Below the pieces are notes generated by a model, which searched no databases, was not told the DNA's origin, and saw only the letters and a list, made by a program, of their open reading frames with translations. A DNA stretch of 64,000 bases from Vicinamibacteria bacterium (lineage in GTDB: Bacteria; Acidobacteriota; Vicinamibacteria; Marinacidobacterales; Marinacidobacteraceae), in contig OZ241322.1 in NCBI GenBank assembly GCA_965199715.1, positions 864,001 through 928,000 on the forward strand, given 5' to 3'. Both the position numbers and the translations under genes were made by a program. How positions within the stretch are numbered: the stretch's first letter is position 1; the number at the start of each line of letters is the position of its first letter. Positions 1 through 9,956 of the stretch are shown here, in pieces.

Positions 1-2
1 CG

Positions 3-746
3 GATCCGGCGCACCACCGAAGCGTCCTGACGCTGTTCGGGAGCGCGGACGAACTCCACGACGCCGTCCGGCGGCTCTTCGAGGCGGCGCGGGAGACGAT
101 CGATCTTCGGCGGCACCGGGGGGAACACCCCCGGATCGGGGCGCTCGACGTGGTTCCCTTCGTGCCGGTCGCGGGCGCCCGCATGGAGGACGCGGCGCGT
201 CTCGCGCGCCGGACCGCCGCCGCGCTCGGCGAGAGCGGCGCGCCGGTCTTCCTGTACGGGCGGAAGCGGCCGCTGCGCGACCTGCGACGCGGCGGCCCGG
301 CGGGACTCGGGCGGCGGCTCGCCGAAGGAACGCTCGTCCCCGACTTCGGCCCGGCGCGCCTCCATCCGACGGCGGGGGCGGTCGCGGTCGGGGCGCGGCG
401 CCCGCTCGTCGCCTTCAACGTGAACCTCGACGGCGACGACGCGGTTCCGGCGCGCCGGATCGCTCGGGCCGTCCGCGAGACGGGCGGCGGCCTTCCCGGC
501 GTGCGGGCGCTCGGGGTCCGGGTCCGGGGCGGGGCCCAGGTGACGATGAACGTGGAGCGGGTCGAAGCGACGGCGCTGGGCGCGGTGTTCGCCCGGGTCG
601 CGGAGGAAGCCCGGCGCCGCGGCGTCCGGATCCTCGGCTCGGAACTCGTCGGGCTCGTCCCGGAAGCGGCGACGTGGCCGGGGATGCGCCGCGACCTCGG
701 CCTCTCCGCGGCGCCGCGCACGATCGAGGCGGCGCTCGAAGGGTAG
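3..746 (+). CDS. ftcD: Glutamate formiminotransferase, 5'-partial
   Basis: Frame open from the window edge: DPAHHRSVLT...HRGEHPRIGALDVVPFVP, HPTAGAVAVGAR, LVAFNVNL, SELVGLVP motifs. Confidence 0.9.
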   Translation, partial: DPAHHRSVLTLFGSADELHDAVRRLFEAARETIDLRRHRGEHPRIGALDVVPFVPVAGARMEDAARLARRTAAALGESGAPVFLYGRKRPLRDLRRGGPAGLGRRLAEGTLVPDFGPARLHPTAGAVAVGARRPLVAFNVNLDGDDAVPARRIARAVRETGGGLPGVRALGVRVRGGAQVTMNVERVEATALGAVFARVAEEARRRGVRILGSELVGLVPEAATWPGMRRDLGLSAAPRTIEAALEG

Positions 747-755
747 CCTTGCGCC

Positions 756-1202
756 ATGAAGTGCCCGTTCTGCGCCTGCGGGAACGACCGCGTCGTGGAC
801 TCGCGGGAGAGCCGGGGCGGGATCCGCCGCCGGCGCGAGTGCATGGAATGCGGCAAGCGGTTCACGAGCTTCGAGACCGTCGAGGAAGTCCCGCTCATGG
901 TCGTGAAGAAGGGCGGCGAGCGCGAGCCCTACGAGCGCGAGAAGGTGCTCGCCGGGCTGCGCAAGGCGTGCGACAAGCGGGTCGCCGGCGAGCGGCTGGA
1001 CGAGATCGCCGACCGGGTGACCGAACTGATCGCGCGCAGCCCGGACCGCGAGATCGAGACCCACCGGATCGGCCAGGAGGTGATGGACGCGCTGAAGCAG
1101 GCCGACGAGGTCGCCTACGTGCGGTTCGCGTCGGTGTACCGGGACTTCCGCGACACCCAGGACTTCCTCCAGGCGATCGACGGCTTGATCCGCCGTTCGT
1201 GA
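756..1202 (+). CDS. nrdR: Transcriptional repressor NrdR
   Basis: MKCPFC...VVDSR...RRRREC..C..RFTSFE zinc ribbon, ATP-cone, VAYVRFASVYRDF. Confidence 0.97.
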   Translation: MKCPFCACGNDRVVDSRESRGGIRRRRECMECGKRFTSFETVEEVPLMVVKKGGEREPYEREKVLAGLRKACDKRVAGERLDEIADRVTELIARSPDREIETHRIGQEVMDALKQADEVAYVRFASVYRDFRDTQDFLQAIDGLIRRS

Positions 1203-1250
1203 TCCGGATCCGCGCTTCCGAACCGAAAGACGGCGCCCGGCGTTAGTGAT

Positions 1251-1844
1251 GTGTACACGAAACGCTCGTTGGAACCTCCGTCCCAGTACGCCGATGCCGA
1301 ACTCGCGCACCATTGCCTCGCCGGCCGGGAGGACTGCTGGCGGGAGTTCGTGGACCGCTTCCACAAGCCGGTCTGGCAGGTCGCCTACCGGTTCACGGTG
1401 AGCGCCGACGACGCCGAGGAGCTCGTCCAGGACATCTTCATGCGACTGCTGACCGCCCTCCCGCACTACCGCCCCACGGGGGCGCTCGGCGGTTGGGTGC
1501 GCCAGGTGGCGACCAACGTCGGGATCGACTCGTGGCGGCGGCGCAAGCGGACGCCGATCCTGGTCGAGACCGGAGAAATCCCCGAACTGCCGGGGCCCGC
1601 CCCCGAGCGCCCTGACGTGATCGCCGAGCGCCGCGACCAGGCGGCGCTGGTGCGCCGGGCCGTCGGCGAGCTCCCCGAGGAGCTGGCCGAGCCGGTCATG
1701 CTGCGCGACCTCATGGAGCTCGGGTATCCGGCCATCGCCGAGCGCCTCGCCATCCCGGTGGGCACGGTGAAGTCGCGGATCCACCGGGGCCGCATCCTGC
1801 TGGCGGAAGCGCTTGCCCGGCTGCGCGAGGAGGCGCTCGTGTGA
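1251..1844 (+). CDS. ECF RNA polymerase sigma factor
   Basis: DAEELVQDIF (region 2), W...VATN..ID, IAERLAIPVGTVKSRIHRGR (region 4). Confidence 0.92.
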   Translation: MYTKRSLEPPSQYADAELAHHCLAGREDCWREFVDRFHKPVWQVAYRFTVSADDAEELVQDIFMRLLTALPHYRPTGALGGWVRQVATNVGIDSWRRRKRTPILVETGEIPELPGPAPERPDVIAERRDQAALVRRAVGELPEELAEPVMLRDLMELGYPAIAERLAIPVGTVKSRIHRGRILLAEALARLREEALV

Positions 1845-2368
1845 GCCCGCGCCCCGAGGATCTGCGCACCGCGGCGCTCGCCGCCGGCGAACTGGACGCC
1901 GAGGCCGCCGCCGAGGCGCGGGCGGCGCTCGCCGATTCGCCCCGGCTGGCCGCGCTGTACGGCCGGGTGCGCGACGCGCTGCGGGCGCTGGACGCCTGGC
2001 GGCGCAGCGCCGGCGATCCTCCGGCCGAACTCCCGGGCCGCATCTTCCGGGGGACGCTGCCGGTGTTCCGCCGCCTCTACGGGCGCCGCTCGCTGTGGCC
2101 CACGTGGCTGACCGCGGCCGCGGCCGCGGCGGTGCTGGCCGTCGCGCAGCCGCCGCCGCTCGACCGGATCTCCGGCCGGGCCAGCTCGCTCCTCGCCGAA
2201 GCGGGCGGCCACGCCGACCGGGCGCTCGCCGAGTGGAGCGTGGTGCGGGCGTCCCTGGGGGTCGCGCTGGAGGACGGAGTCGATGAGGTCGGCGAACGGC
2301 TCCAGCGGCTCGAGGAGGCGGCCCGCCACCGGAACCGCGTCCGCAACCGGACGGAGACCGCGCCGTGA
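1841..2368 (+). CDS. Putative single-pass anti-sigma factor
   Basis: GTGA overlap with the sigma gene; N-terminal GELD...A..L helical domain without ZAS Cys/His; one hydrophobic segment. Confidence 0.6.
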   Translation: MSPRPEDLRTAALAAGELDAEAAAEARAALADSPRLAALYGRVRDALRALDAWRRSAGDPPAELPGRIFRGTLPVFRRLYGRRSLWPTWLTAAAAAAVLAVAQPPPLDRISGRASSLLAEAGGHADRALAEWSVVRASLGVALEDGVDEVGERLQRLEEAARHRNRVRNRTETAP

Positions 2369-2763
2369 CCCGTTCCCCCGGCTGGGCCGGCGCGCTCTCG
2401 GTCATCTGCCCGGGCCTCGGCCACCTGTACCTGCGGGCGTACCACCGGGCGGCCGCGCTCGTGGCCGCGTGGATCGCGCTCCTGACCGCGGCCGAATACG
2501 CCGGGACGCTGATCCCGCTGGTGTTCGCCGTGTGGGTGTTCGGAGTCGTGGACGCGGTCCGCGCCGCCGGCGAGCTGGTCCGAGCGAGCGCCGAGGCGCG
2601 CGAGCCGAACGTCGGACTCGACCAGAACTGGGCGTGGGGGCTGATCGCGGCGGGCGCCCTCGCCGCGCTCGCGGCCACGCCGCTGCTGCGCTGGGCGGTG
2701 CGGCTGTGGCCGCTCCTGCTCGTCCTCGCCGGGATCCGGATCCTGCGCCGCCGGGATGAGTAG
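2365..2763 (+). CDS. Membrane protein with C-terminal LiaF/DUF5668-like segment
   Basis: LSVICPGLGHLYL motif, several TM helices, RLWPLLLVLAGI. Confidence 0.7.
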   Translation: MTRSPGWAGALSVICPGLGHLYLRAYHRAAALVAAWIALLTAAEYAGTLIPLVFAVWVFGVVDAVRAAGELVRASAEAREPNVGLDQNWAWGLIAAGALAALAATPLLRWAVRLWPLLLVLAGIRILRRRDE

Positions 2764-2938
2764 AACGCCGTGGGGAGGGATCCTCCTCATCGTCCTCGGA
2801 GTCGCGCTCCTACTGGCGACGCTCGGCCTGGTCGCGTTCGGGACCATCCTGCGGTTCTGGCCGATGCTCCTGATCCTCGCCGGGCTGAAGTTGGTCTTCG
2901 AGCGGTCCGAGGGAGGCCCTCCGGCGCCCCCGACGTGA
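2756..2938 (+). CDS. Small 2-TM LiaI/LiaF-like (DUF5668) protein
   Basis: GGILLIVLGVALLL..LG...RFWPMLLILAGL signature. Confidence 0.75.
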   Translation: MSRTPWGGILLIVLGVALLLATLGLVAFGTILRFWPMLLILAGLKLVFERSEGGPPAPPT

Positions 2939-4359
2939 CCCCGAGTCCCCCGCGCGAGGGCTGCGGCGCGGCGCTCGGCGTCCTCCTGATCCTCGCCGGC
3001 GTCCTCGGCTTCGCCGTCACGTTCGGCGGGACGGCCGCGCTGGACGCGCTGGCCGGCGCAATTCCGTTCGCGGCGCGCTGGTGGCCGCTGGGCCTCGTCG
3101 CCTACGGCGCGTTGCGGCTCTCCGGCCGGCTCGGGTCGGGAAGGCCGGGACGCCTCGAGGTCCCGCTCCTCGTCCTCTTCCTCGGGTGCGGCGCCGCGCT
3201 GAGCGCGGCCAACTTCGTCGCCGGCGGCGACTTCGGCGCGATCCGCCGCTGGATCGAACCGTTCGCCGGCCAGCCGCACCGCGAGGAGATCGCGGCGCCC
3301 GTGCCCGCGGACGCGAGCACGCTGAAGGTGGACCTGCCGTGGGGCGGCGCGCTCGTGCGTCCGGCGGCGGGACCGGACCTGCGGCTGATCCTCGAGGGGC
3401 GGTCGTGGGGACCGGCCTCGTGGCCGGAGTTGGCCCCGATCGCCGCGGACGGAACCGTGTCCGTGCGCGTCGCCGCGCCCGACGACGGGGAAGCGGGGTT
3501 CCACCTCACGGTCGAGGCCCCGGTCCATCTTCAGGTGGACGTGACGACCGGCGAGGGCGGCGTCCGGGTGGAAGGGCCGTTTCCGGAAGTCGTCGCCCGC
3601 GGCGGCGCCGGTCCGGTGACGATCTCGGGGACTCGGGGAGCGGTGCGGGCCGAGTCCGCCGGGGACTCGATCCGCGTCCGGGACGTCCAGGGCCCGGTCC
3701 AGGTGCGCGGGGACGACGCCGCGATCGACGTGGGGGCGGTCGTCGGCACGGTCGGAGTCCGCGCCGCGGACAGTTCGGTCCGGCTCGCGGACGTGCGCGG
3801 CGAGGCGCGGGTGGAGACGCTCGACGCTCCCGTCCGGGTCCAGGACCATGCGGGCCCGCTGCGCATTCGGGCGTTCGACGCCCACGTGACCGTCACCGGC
3901 GTGACCGGCGACGCCGTGATCGAGGGCTCCGGCGACCTCCTCGCGTCCGGGGTCGCGGGCGCGCTCGAGATCTCCTTCGGCGACGGCCCGGTCGTGGTCG
4001 AGGACGCGGGCGGGCGCGTGCGGGTGATCGGCGATCCGGACCTGGTGCGAGCGGCGCGGATCGCCGGCCCGCTCGAGGTGCGGGCGCCCGGCGGCCCGGT
4101 GTTCGCTTCCGAGCTCGCGCTCGGGGCCTCGATCCGGGGCGGCGAGGTCGAAGTGGACCTGCGCGCGCTGCGGGGGCCGCTCGATCTCCATGCGGAGGAG
4201 GGCGACGTGCGGCTCGCGCTGCCCGGCGACGCCCGGTTCCGGCTCGTGGCCGATCCCCTTCCCGAGGGCGGCCCTCCGGCGGGCGCCGGGGAGGGCGGCC
4301 CCGAAGTCGAGCTGCGGGCGCCGGAAGGCGCGGTCCGCATCCGGAGCCGGGAGCGATGA
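2935..4359 (+). CDS. Membrane-anchored DUF4097 (Toastrack) beta-repeat protein
   Basis: GTG overlaps the upstream stop; three N-terminal TMs with WWP motif; many G.V.V....G.V.V repeats. Confidence 0.8.
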   Translation: MTPSPPREGCGAALGVLLILAGVLGFAVTFGGTAALDALAGAIPFAARWWPLGLVAYGALRLSGRLGSGRPGRLEVPLLVLFLGCGAALSAANFVAGGDFGAIRRWIEPFAGQPHREEIAAPVPADASTLKVDLPWGGALVRPAAGPDLRLILEGRSWGPASWPELAPIAADGTVSVRVAAPDDGEAGFHLTVEAPVHLQVDVTTGEGGVRVEGPFPEVVARGGAGPVTISGTRGAVRAESAGDSIRVRDVQGPVQVRGDDAAIDVGAVVGTVGVRAADSSVRLADVRGEARVETLDAPVRVQDHAGPLRIRAFDAHVTVTGVTGDAVIEGSGDLLASGVAGALEISFGDGPVVVEDAGGRVRVIGDPDLVRAARIAGPLEVRAPGGPVFASELALGASIRGGEVEVDLRALRGPLDLHAEEGDVRLALPGDARFRLVADPLPEGGPPAGAGEGGPEVELRAPEGAVRIRSRER

Positions 4360-5165
4360 GGCGTCTCGCCCTCGTCGCCGCGCTCGCGGGCGCCGCCTGC
4401 GCCGAGCGGGTGGAGCGGCGGGCCGAAGAAACGGTTCCGCTCCCGGCGATGAGCCGGCTGGACGCCGAAATCCACCACGCGGACGTGCGCGTCGTCGGGA
4501 GCCAGGGTCCCCCGACGCTCGTGATCGAACGCCGGGCGGCCGCGTTCTCGGCGGACGCGGCCGAAGCGGCGCTCGACCGGATCGCGGTGCGGACGGGGGA
4601 GGTCGTGACCACCTTCGACCGGGGCGCCGGCGTGCCCGCCTTCCTCTACGGCGAGCGGGTCTCGCTTCGGCTCACCTTCCGCGTTCCGCCGGCGACGCCG
4701 GTGCGGATCCGCAACCAGAACGGCGATCTCGACCTCGAGGGTCTCGCCGGGCCGGTGGACGCCCTCACCGCCGACGGGCGGGTGTTCGCCCGCGCCGTGG
4801 GCTCCGACGCGGCGGTCGCCCGGCTGCGGTCGGGCGACGGCCGCATCGAGGGGACCGAACTCGCCGGGCGGATCGAGGCCGAGACCGCGGACGGGAGCAT
4901 CCGGCTGGAGGGCCGCCTGCGGCGCGTGACCGCGATCACCGCGAACGGCCGGATCGAGGTGGACGCCCGCGAGTCCGACGCCCTCCTCGACGGCTGGCTG
5001 CTGCGCAGCGCGGACGGCGGCGTGGCGCTCGCGCTCCCCGACGGGGTTCCCGCCCGGCTGGACGTGATCGCCCGAAGGGAGGGCGGCCCGTTCTTCCGGG
5101 ACGGACCCGAAGGGGCGCCGCGAGTCCGCATCCACGCTCCCGAAGGCCGGGTGCGCCTGCCCTGA
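4356..5165 (+). CDS. DUF4097 beta-repeat lipoprotein
   Basis: ATGA overlap; MRRLALVAALAGAAC lipoprotein signal; NGDL, TADGRV, SGDGRI, TADGSI repeats. Confidence 0.8.
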   Translation: MRRLALVAALAGAACAERVERRAEETVPLPAMSRLDAEIHHADVRVVGSQGPPTLVIERRAAAFSADAAEAALDRIAVRTGEVVTTFDRGAGVPAFLYGERVSLRLTFRVPPATPVRIRNQNGDLDLEGLAGPVDALTADGRVFARAVGSDAAVARLRSGDGRIEGTELAGRIEAETADGSIRLEGRLRRVTAITANGRIEVDARESDALLDGWLLRSADGGVALALPDGVPARLDVIARREGGPFFRDGPEGAPRVRIHAPEGRVRLP

Positions 5166-5166
5166 C

Positions 5167-7626
5167 TCAGGGAGCGCGCGAAGCCGAGATCAGGTTGGCG
5201 AGCAGGCGGAACGCGCCGGGCGCCGCGGCGCCCAACTGCCGGTGGAGGGCGATCGCGAAGTAGGTGTACCGGCCCGATCCGACCGGGGCCGTGAGCGCGG
5301 CCCCGCCCTGGGGCGCCTGCCCCTCGTCGGCCAGCTCGAACAGCGCGGCGTAGGCGGGGCTCCACTCGCTCCAGAACTTGGAGCCGCGCTGCTCCACCCA
5401 GCCCTCGAAGTCCTCGGGGCCGATGCGGTTCGGCCACGTCAGCAGCGGATGGTCGGGGTCGAGGAAGGCCACCCGGCTGTTCTCCTCGGTGACCTCCTCG
5501 GCGTTCGAAGGCAGGACTCCGGGAAAGGGCGCGTGCTCCGCCGGGTCCAGCTCGGACGTGTTGTAGAGCACGACGAGGTGGCCGCCGGCGTCCGCGTAGT
5601 CGAGGAGCCGCCGGTTGGCGCGGACGAGGTCGGGGCGGAACGCGTAGGCGCGGGTTCCGGTCACGATCGCGTCGTACGCGCCGAGGTCGGCGGAATCGAG
5701 CGCCGCGCCGTCCAGAAGCTCCACGGTCGCGCCGAGCGCCTCGATTCCCGCCGGCACGTCGTCGCCGGCGCCGGTCACGAACCCGACCCGAAGCCCGTCC
5801 GGCACGACGACCGACGTCCGCGCCACCCGCAGTTGCGCAGGGGTCACCGCCCAGCGCAGCGGGAGGTCGCGGTGGGCGATGCGCCGGTGCGCGGTCGCTT
5901 CCTGAAATTTCCCGTCGGGGCCGAGCCGCGTCGCGGTCAGCCGGAAGACGCCGGCGCCGCCCCGGGGCCGCACCTCGAAGGCGGTCCGCACCCGCTCGCC
6001 GGCGCGCTCGAAGCGGACCTCGCGCTGCTGCGGCTCGAACGTCCAGCCGTCGGGGACCTCGAGCGAAATCCGGTGCTCGCCCGGCGCGTGCCCGGTCGCG
6101 AGCAGCCGGACCTCGAACGGCGCCGGCGGTCCGTCCACGCCGGAGACGGCGAAATCGGGCGTGAACGCGACCGACAGCGGCGGCAGGATTTCGAGCTCCC
6201 GGCGCTCGCGGCCGTACGGAAGGTTGGCCTCGACCCGCTCGACCGGCTCGGTCAGGACGATCTCGGCCGGGCCGGCCCGCAGCGTGACCCGCGCGGCGAA
6301 CGCGGGCGGCGGCGCGGCGCGGGTCCAGTCGCCGCTCGTGCGGTAGCGCGATTCGCCGAGGCCCGAGCGGAAGACGTGCGGCTGGAACGGCGCGGCGTCT
6401 TCGGGAAGCTGAACCCGGAAGCGGCCCTCGACGGCGGCGCCCTCGGGGACGTCCAGTTCGATTCCGGCGACCTCGAGCGGCCCCCGCACCGCGACCTCGA
6501 CCTCGAACGCCTGGCCGGGGACCACCGGCGGAATCTCGCCCGCGGTCGCCTCGACCTCCACGCCGGCGGCGCGGCGGATCGCCTCGACCAACTGCTCCTC
6601 CTTCCGCTCCAGCTCGTGGCGCACGTCGAAGAAGCCGCTCGGGGAGCGCTCGCCCAGAAGCGAACGCACGCGCAGCAGCGCCGCCCCGAGCGCGGGGACG
6701 CTGGCCTCGGGCGCGAGCCAGTCAAAGCCGGACGCGACCTCCCGGAACGCGCCGTCCAGCTCCTCGAGAACCTCCCGCAGCCGGGACGGAACGGTCGGCC
6801 CGAACCGCGCCCCGAGCGACGCCCGCTCCGGGCTGAGCAGCTCGATGAGGTCCTCGCCGCCCGCGGACCGGATCGAAGCGCTGTCCCGGACGCGGAGGAC
6901 GCCGCGGGTCTGGGAGCGCTGGAGCGCGAGGCCCATCGCGCCGTACTCGGCGAACGAGCGGGAGAGCCACGGGCGGGAGCCGGTCAGATCGATCGTCGCG
7001 CCGTCCTCGCCCTCGCGCGCCGGAAAGAAGAGCGCCGTCGGCAGGAAGCCGCGCCGCCCTTCCCGGGGCGGAAACGCGGCGAGATCGGGCGCGCCCTCGT
7101 ACGCCCGCGGCGCGACCGTGCCGGCGAACTGGTGCTGGCCGTGGCCGTCGCGGGGATCCCCGGTGAAGCGGGAAAGCACGACCATCGGGCGCTCGCGGCG
7201 GATCACTTCCACCACGTCGGCGACCGCCGCGTCCTCGTCCCAGGCCCGCAGCGCCTCGGCCAGGTTCTTCGAATACCCGTAGTCGGCGAGCGGCGTGAAC
7301 CAGATGCGGTCGAGGCCGTACCGCTCGCCCGCGACCTCCAGTTCCGCGGCGCGGATCCAGCCGAGCGCGTCGAAGAGTTCCGGGCCGATGGCGTTCGCGC
7401 CGGCCTCGCCCCGGGTGAGGCTCAGCAGCGTGACCCGCGCGCCGAGGCCCCGGCTCAGCAGCGCCAGGAGGCCGGCCGTCTCGTCGTCGGGGTGGGCGGC
7501 GATCTGCAGCGCCGAACCGGTCGTCTGGAGCTTCTGGATCCAGTGCCAGGCCTCGCCGGCGCGTCCGGTCCGGCCGGCCGCCGGGGCGGCGAGCAGCGCG
7601 AGCGCCGCGAGAACCGGAAACCTCAC
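5167..7626 (-). CDS. Secreted PIG-L/LmbE family deacetylase with NEW3-like and C-terminal GATase-like domains
   Basis: Signal peptide; AHPDDE, TRGEAGAN, DYGYSK, HGQHQ; C-terminal FEGWVEQRG; GTG overlaps the aspS stop. Confidence 0.88.
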   Translation of the reverse strand: MRFPVLAALALLAAPAAGRTGRAGEAWHWIQKLQTTGSALQIAAHPDDETAGLLALLSRGLGARVTLLSLTRGEAGANAIGPELFDALGWIRAAELEVAGERYGLDRIWFTPLADYGYSKNLAEALRAWDEDAAVADVVEVIRRERPMVVLSRFTGDPRDGHGQHQFAGTVAPRAYEGAPDLAAFPPREGRRGFLPTALFFPAREGEDGATIDLTGSRPWLSRSFAEYGAMGLALQRSQTRGVLRVRDSASIRSAGGEDLIELLSPERASLGARFGPTVPSRLREVLEELDGAFREVASGFDWLAPEASVPALGAALLRVRSLLGERSPSGFFDVRHELERKEEQLVEAIRRAAGVEVEATAGEIPPVVPGQAFEVEVAVRGPLEVAGIELDVPEGAAVEGRFRVQLPEDAAPFQPHVFRSGLGESRYRTSGDWTRAAPPPAFAARVTLRAGPAEIVLTEPVERVEANLPYGRERRELEILPPLSVAFTPDFAVSGVDGPPAPFEVRLLATGHAPGEHRISLEVPDGWTFEPQQREVRFERAGERVRTAFEVRPRGGAGVFRLTATRLGPDGKFQEATAHRRIAHRDLPLRWAVTPAQLRVARTSVVVPDGLRVGFVTGAGDDVPAGIEALGATVELLDGAALDSADLGAYDAIVTGTRAYAFRPDLVRANRRLLDYADAGGHLVVLYNTSELDPAEHAPFPGVLPSNAEEVTEENSRVAFLDPDHPLLTWPNRIGPEDFEGWVEQRGSKFWSEWSPAYAALFELADEGQAPQGGAALTAPVGSGRYTYFAIALHRQLGAAAPGAFRLLANLISASRAP

Positions 7627-9383
7627 GACGCGGGCGTGACCGTGATTCCGAGCTCGGCGAGCTGCGCCGGGTTCACCGCCGCGGGAGAGCCGGTCATGAG
7701 GTCGGCGGCGGAGGTGGTCTTCGGGAACGCGATCACCTCGCGCAGGCTCCGGCTTCCCGAGGCCAGCATCGCGATGCGGTCGAAGCCGAGCGCGATGCCG
7801 CCGTGGGGCGGCGTCCCGTACTCGAGCGCCTCGAGGAAGAAGCCGAACCGCTCCGCCGCCTCCTCCCGGGGAATCGAGAGCGCGTCGAAGACCCGCCGCT
7901 GCACCCGGGGATCGTGGATCCGGATGCTGCCGCCGCCCAGCTCGTAGCCGTTCGCCACCACGTCGTAGGCGACCGACCGGACGGAGAGCGGATCGGACTC
8001 CAGCCGGTCGAGGTCCTCGGGACGCGGACTGGTGAACGGATGGTGCACCGAGGTCAGCCTTCCTTCGGATTCCGAGACCTCGAAGAGCGGGAAGTCGGTG
8101 ACCCACGCCATCCGGAAGGCCCCTTCGGGGATCCAGCCCTCGCTCCGGGCGAGCCGCCGCCGCAGCGCCCCGAGCACGGCGCACGCGAGGCGGGACTCGC
8201 CCCCGACCATGAGCAGCAGGTCGCCCGGTCCGCCGCCCGCCGCCTCGAGGAGCGCGGTCAGCCGGTCGGGGCCGAGCGCCTTCAGCAGCGGCGAACGGAT
8301 CGCGCCGTTCGTGAAGCCGGCGCGGAAAAGGCCCGGCGCGCCCTCGTCCCGCGCCGCCTTCTCCAGGTCGTCGAGCTTCTTTCGGGAGAAGCCGCCGCCG
8401 CCGGGGGCCGCGATTCCGTGGACGCGCCCGCCGGACTCGAGGATCGAGTCGAGGATCGGATGGCCGCCGGCGAGGTCGGTCAGGTCGTGGATCTCCGCGC
8501 CGTAGCGGAGATCGGGCCGGTCCACTCCGTAGCGGGCCATGGCCTCGGCGTGGGTGAAGCGGCGGAACGGGGCCGCGACCTCGATCCCGACCGCGCCGAG
8601 CGCCCGGACGAAGAGCCCCTCGGTCATCTCGAGGACCTGCTCCTGGTCGGCGAAGGACATCTCCACGTCCACCTGGGTGAACTCCGGCTGGCGGTCGGCG
8701 CGCAGGTCCTCGTCGCGGAAGCAGCGGACGATCTGGTAGTAGCGATCCAGCCCCCCGACCATGAGCAACTGCTTGAAGAGCTGCGGCGACTGGGGGAGCG
8801 CGTAGAGCTCGCCCCGGCGCACCCTCGACGGAACGAGGTAGTCGCGGGCGCCCTCGGGAGTGGACCGGGTCAGGAACGGAGTCTCGACCTCGACGAACTC
8901 GTGGTCGTCGAGATGGCCCCGGATCTCGCGGGCGAGCCGGGCGCGGATGCGCAGGTTGCGCTGGAGCCGCGGATGGCGGATGTCGAGGTAGCGGTACTTG
9001 AGCCGCAGGTCCTCGCTCGCGCCGCCGGTCGCGAGCGGCGGGAACGGCGGCGTCCGCGACTCGCTCAGCACGTGGATCGCCCCGGCCTCCACCTCGATCC
9101 CGCCGGTGGCGATGCCCGGGTTGCGGTTCGCGGGGGCGCGGAGGATGACCGCGCCCTCGACCGCGAGCACCCACCACGAGCCGGCGCGGGCCGCCTCGGC
9201 GGCGGCCGGCGAGTCGGGGCGCACGACGACCTGGGTATGGCCCCGGTGGTCGCGCAGGTCGAGGAAGAGCAGCCCGCCGAGGTCGCGCACCCGCTCGACC
9301 CAGCCCATGAGCGCGACCTCGGCGCCGGCGTGCTCCTCGCGCAGCTCGGCGCAGTGGTGGGTGCGCCTCGTCGGAACGCTCAC
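7623..9383 (-). CDS. aspS: Aspartate--tRNA ligase
   Basis: RTHHC, TPEGARDYLVPSR, QSPQLFKQLLM, FRDEDLRADRQPEFTQ, PPHGGIALGFDR. Confidence 0.98.
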   Translation of the reverse strand: MSVPTRRTHHCAELREEHAGAEVALMGWVERVRDLGGLLFLDLRDHRGHTQVVVRPDSPAAAEAARAGSWWVLAVEGAVILRAPANRNPGIATGGIEVEAGAIHVLSESRTPPFPPLATGGASEDLRLKYRYLDIRHPRLQRNLRIRARLAREIRGHLDDHEFVEVETPFLTRSTPEGARDYLVPSRVRRGELYALPQSPQLFKQLLMVGGLDRYYQIVRCFRDEDLRADRQPEFTQVDVEMSFADQEQVLEMTEGLFVRALGAVGIEVAAPFRRFTHAEAMARYGVDRPDLRYGAEIHDLTDLAGGHPILDSILESGGRVHGIAAPGGGGFSRKKLDDLEKAARDEGAPGLFRAGFTNGAIRSPLLKALGPDRLTALLEAAGGGPGDLLLMVGGESRLACAVLGALRRRLARSEGWIPEGAFRMAWVTDFPLFEVSESEGRLTSVHHPFTSPRPEDLDRLESDPLSVRSVAYDVVANGYELGGGSIRIHDPRVQRRVFDALSIPREEAAERFGFFLEALEYGTPPHGGIALGFDRIAMLASGSRSLREVIAFPKTTSAADLMTGSPAAVNPAQLAELGITVTPAS

Positions 9384-9886
9384 GGCAGGTACCGGTTCTT
9401 GAGCGCGACGTAGTTCGCCGCCGAGCGCGCGAGATGGTCGATCTCCCGGTCGGTGAGCGGTCGCGCCACCCGTCCGGGAACGCCCCGGACCAGAACTCTC
9501 GGCGGCACCTGGAGGCCCGGCGGCACGACCGCCCCGGCGGCGACCATGGATTCCTCGCCGAGCGCCGCCCGGTCGAGCACGATCGACCCCATGCCGACGA
9601 GGCACCGCCGCCCCACCCGGCAGGCGTGCACGATCGCCCGGTGGCCGACCGTCGCCTCGTCGCCGATGTCGGTCCACTCGTCGCCCGAGTTCACGTGCAC
9701 GACCGTGTTGTCCTGGAGGTTCGAGCGGGCGCCCACCCGGATGCGGTTGCTGTCGCCCCGGAGCACCGTTCCGAACCAGACCGAGGCGTCCTCGCCGAGG
9801 GTCACGTCGCCGATGACCGAGGCGCCGGGCGCGACGAAGGCCGAGGCCGGGATGACGGGCGCTGCGTCCCCGAGCGGAAGGATCAT
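9380..9886 (-). CDS. Gamma carbonic anhydrase family protein
   Basis: Hexapeptide repeats; VLRGD, NLQDNTVVH, TVGH..IVHAC. Confidence 0.92.
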   Translation of the reverse strand: MILPLGDAAPVIPASAFVAPGASVIGDVTLGEDASVWFGTVLRGDSNRIRVGARSNLQDNTVVHVNSGDEWTDIGDEATVGHRAIVHACRVGRRCLVGMGSIVLDRAALGEESMVAAGAVVPPGLQVPPRVLVRGVPGRVARPLTDREIDHLARSAANYVALKNRYLP

Positions 9887-9956
9887 CCCGGAATTCGCGG
9901 CGAGCCTAGCACGGCGCCGAGGGGGGCGCGGCGCTGGCTACAATCCGAAAATTCCG

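Noticed and set aside
5167-9177. Apparent 1336-aa protein or an aspS/PIG-L fusion
   Set aside because: The N-terminal part is an off-frame reading of aspS; the real gene starts at GTG 7626 with a signal peptide
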